From assembly GCA_963719515.1 (NCBI GenBank), contig CAVRCJ010000014.1, forward strand, positions 96,001 to 160,000: 64,000 nucleotides of DNA. The letters run 5' to 3'. Position 1 is the first letter of the stretch. Every line of letters begins with the position of its first letter. Source of the stretch: an uncultured cyanobacterium (lineage in GTDB: Bacteria > Cyanobacteriota > Cyanobacteriia > CAKZMO01). The position numbers and the translations under genes were made by a program. Shown piece after piece: positions 62,351-64,000 of the stretch. Under the pieces are notes generated by a model. That model had not been told where the DNA came from. It saw only the letters and a program-made list of their open reading frames with translations, and did not search any database.

Positions 62351-64000
62351 ATGACACCCACACCCTTAGCAGCAGTCGGGGCACTCGCCTCATCACTGCC
62401 CGCTGCTGCGAATTTTGCTTCCGTTTTGGCGCAGATTCCAGATCCCATAATTGAGACACCCGAGGAAGCGGCCCTAGTGTTTAGCGGCCCTCATTTCTTT
62501 ATCGCCCTAGTTGCTGGGATTGTGCTGGCCTTCGCCTTTCAGTTTCTGTTGACCAACCTCGGCGTGGCCGCCGGAATTTCCCTTGCCGGTGGCTCATCCG
62601 ATAGCGATTCTGGAAGCAGCTCTAGCGACGATGCCGACAGCATGGGTGAAACCATCAGCAAAATAGGCTTCGCGGTCGGCATCACCACGTTGATTACTGT
62701 GGTGATTTCTCTTTTTTGCGCAACTTGGCTGGCGGTACGTCTCAGCCTGCTAACTTTGCCCGGCATGGGGGCAATTGTGGGTTTGGTCATCTGGGCAGCC
62801 TACTTCTCGCTGCTGCTGTGGATTAGCTCGACCACTGTAGGGTCACTCATTGGCTCCGTCGTGAACACCGCCACCTCCGGCGTTCAGTCCATATTTGGCG
62901 CAGCAACCTCTGTGTTTCAAACCAACCTCAACGACGGTATGGTAGCCACCGCTGAAGCGGCGGCAGCGGCGGTGCGCCGCGAATTGACCTCCAGTGTTGA
63001 CTCCGACCAAGTGCAGGAGCAGCTTGAGGATTATCTGACCAGCTTGCGATCGCCCGAGCTCGACATGGCTGGCCTGCGGGCGGAGTTTGAAAGCATGATT
63101 GACGAATCGGGAATTGCCCAGAGCACTGAGGGAGAAGCCCTACCTCAGCTGGAGCGAAGCGACTTTATCAAGCTGGTGGACGACCGCACGGACCTGTCGA
63201 ACCGCGATCGCGATCGCATCGCCGACCAGCTCTACGCCGTGTGGAACCGCCGCGCTAGCCGCTATCGGGGTCAGCAGTCTAGCTCACGGCTATCGGACTA
63301 CCTACAGCAGGCCACCGCTGACCAGCTCACTGGCTCTGAGTTTAAGCAAAAGCTCGATCAGCTGATTGGCGCCGTTCAAAACGACGGCTCGAGGCAGCAA
63401 TCTGGTCAACAGTCTGGTCAGCGATCTGGCAATAGTGGCCTCAAAACAGCCATGACTCAGACGGTATCGTCCACCCTCAACAGCATGATGGGCATTGTCA
63501 TGGGTCGGACGGACCTTTCGGATATAGACGTTGAGTCGGTTGTCAGTCAGCTGAAGTCTGCTCAGTCCCAGGCTGCTGAGCAGGTTGGCGCTGTAGCTAG
63601 TAATGACGATACCTACAATACGATTCGAGAAGACGCCAAAGCTTACCTGTTCAATACCTATCACTGGCGGATGTCGACAGACCGTATGGCCCGGGAGTTT
63701 CGCGACATTATCTACGACCCCAACGCCGATCCCTCGACCGTGTCATATCAGCTTGACCATATCAGCCGCTCGGACTTCGCGGACTGGCTGGGAGAGCGAG
63801 GGGTGTTTACCCAAGGAGAAATTAAAAAGCGGGCCGATGTCTTAGAGAGCATTCGGATAGAAGCCCTATCGGCGGCAGCGGCAGCGATGGAGCGAGAGCA
63901 GGTGATTGACCTGCTGGCGGAGGTCGAGGCGTATCTGCTCAAAACGCCGACAGATGACCTTACACCTGAGAAGATTCAGCTTAGCTTCAAGCCCATTTTA
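62351..64000 (+). CDS. Large membrane-anchored helical hypothetical protein, truncated by the window end and absent from the ORF track
   Basis: RBS AGGAG, ATG at 62351, reads MTPTPLAAVG...ALVFSGPHFFIALVAGIVLAFAFQFLLTNLGVAAGIS; appears open to the edge. Confidence 0.8.
   Translation, partial: MTPTPLAAVGALASSLPAAANFASVLAQIPDPIIETPEEAALVFSGPHFFIALVAGIVLAFAFQFLLTNLGVAAGISLAGGSSDSDSGSSSSDDADSMGETISKIGFAVGITTLITVVISLFCATWLAVRLSLLTLPGMGAIVGLVIWAAYFSLLLWISSTTVGSLIGSVVNTATSGVQSIFGAATSVFQTNLNDGMVATAEAAAAAVRRELTSSVDSDQVQEQLEDYLTSLRSPELDMAGLRAEFESMIDESGIAQSTEGEALPQLERSDFIKLVDDRTDLSNRDRDRIADQLYAVWNRRASRYRGQQSSSRLSDYLQQATADQLTGSEFKQKLDQLIGAVQNDGSRQQSGQQSGQRSGNSGLKTAMTQTVSSTLNSMMGIVMGRTDLSDIDVESVVSQLKSAQSQAAEQVGAVASNDDTYNTIREDAKAYLFNTYHWRMSTDRMAREFRDIIYDPNADPSTVSYQLDHISRSDFADWLGERGVFTQGEIKKRADVLESIRIEALSAAAAAMEREQVIDLLAEVEAYLLKTPTDDLTPEKIQLSFKPIL

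Noticed and set aside
1..64000. Very frequent GCGATCGC
   Set aside because: HIP1, a well-known genome-wide cyanobacterial palindrome; not novel

Overview
Chromosomal window from a cyanobacterium: it carries psbD, nblA and ycf37, and the HIP1 octamer GCGATCGC is very frequent. Most of it is housekeeping or conserved cyanobacterial genes (susA, rpe, tRNA-Asn, lptA/B/FG, infC, rpmI-rplT, aroA, bolA-grxD, cysE, rlmN). Five things stand out. (1) Two near-identical 398-bp non-coding IS200/IS605-type elements (8850-9247 and 55643-56040) encode no TnpA or TnpB but appear to carry their own promoter and a ~250-nt structured RNA ending at the right-end TCAC, so they are candidate mobile stand-alone omega-RNA guide loci. 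(2) A copper chaperone and Cu P-type ATPase lie upstream of a His/Cys-motif unknown protein and an ETR1-like (ethylene-receptor-type) kinase whose receiver domain is split off by a frameshift near a C6 run. (3) A divergently placed infC has an ATC start codon. (4) A secreted Met/acidic-repeat protein ends in PVRGLW. (5) There is a candidate structured RNA at about 59734-59839. All functional calls come from motif recognition by eye; no database searches were run.
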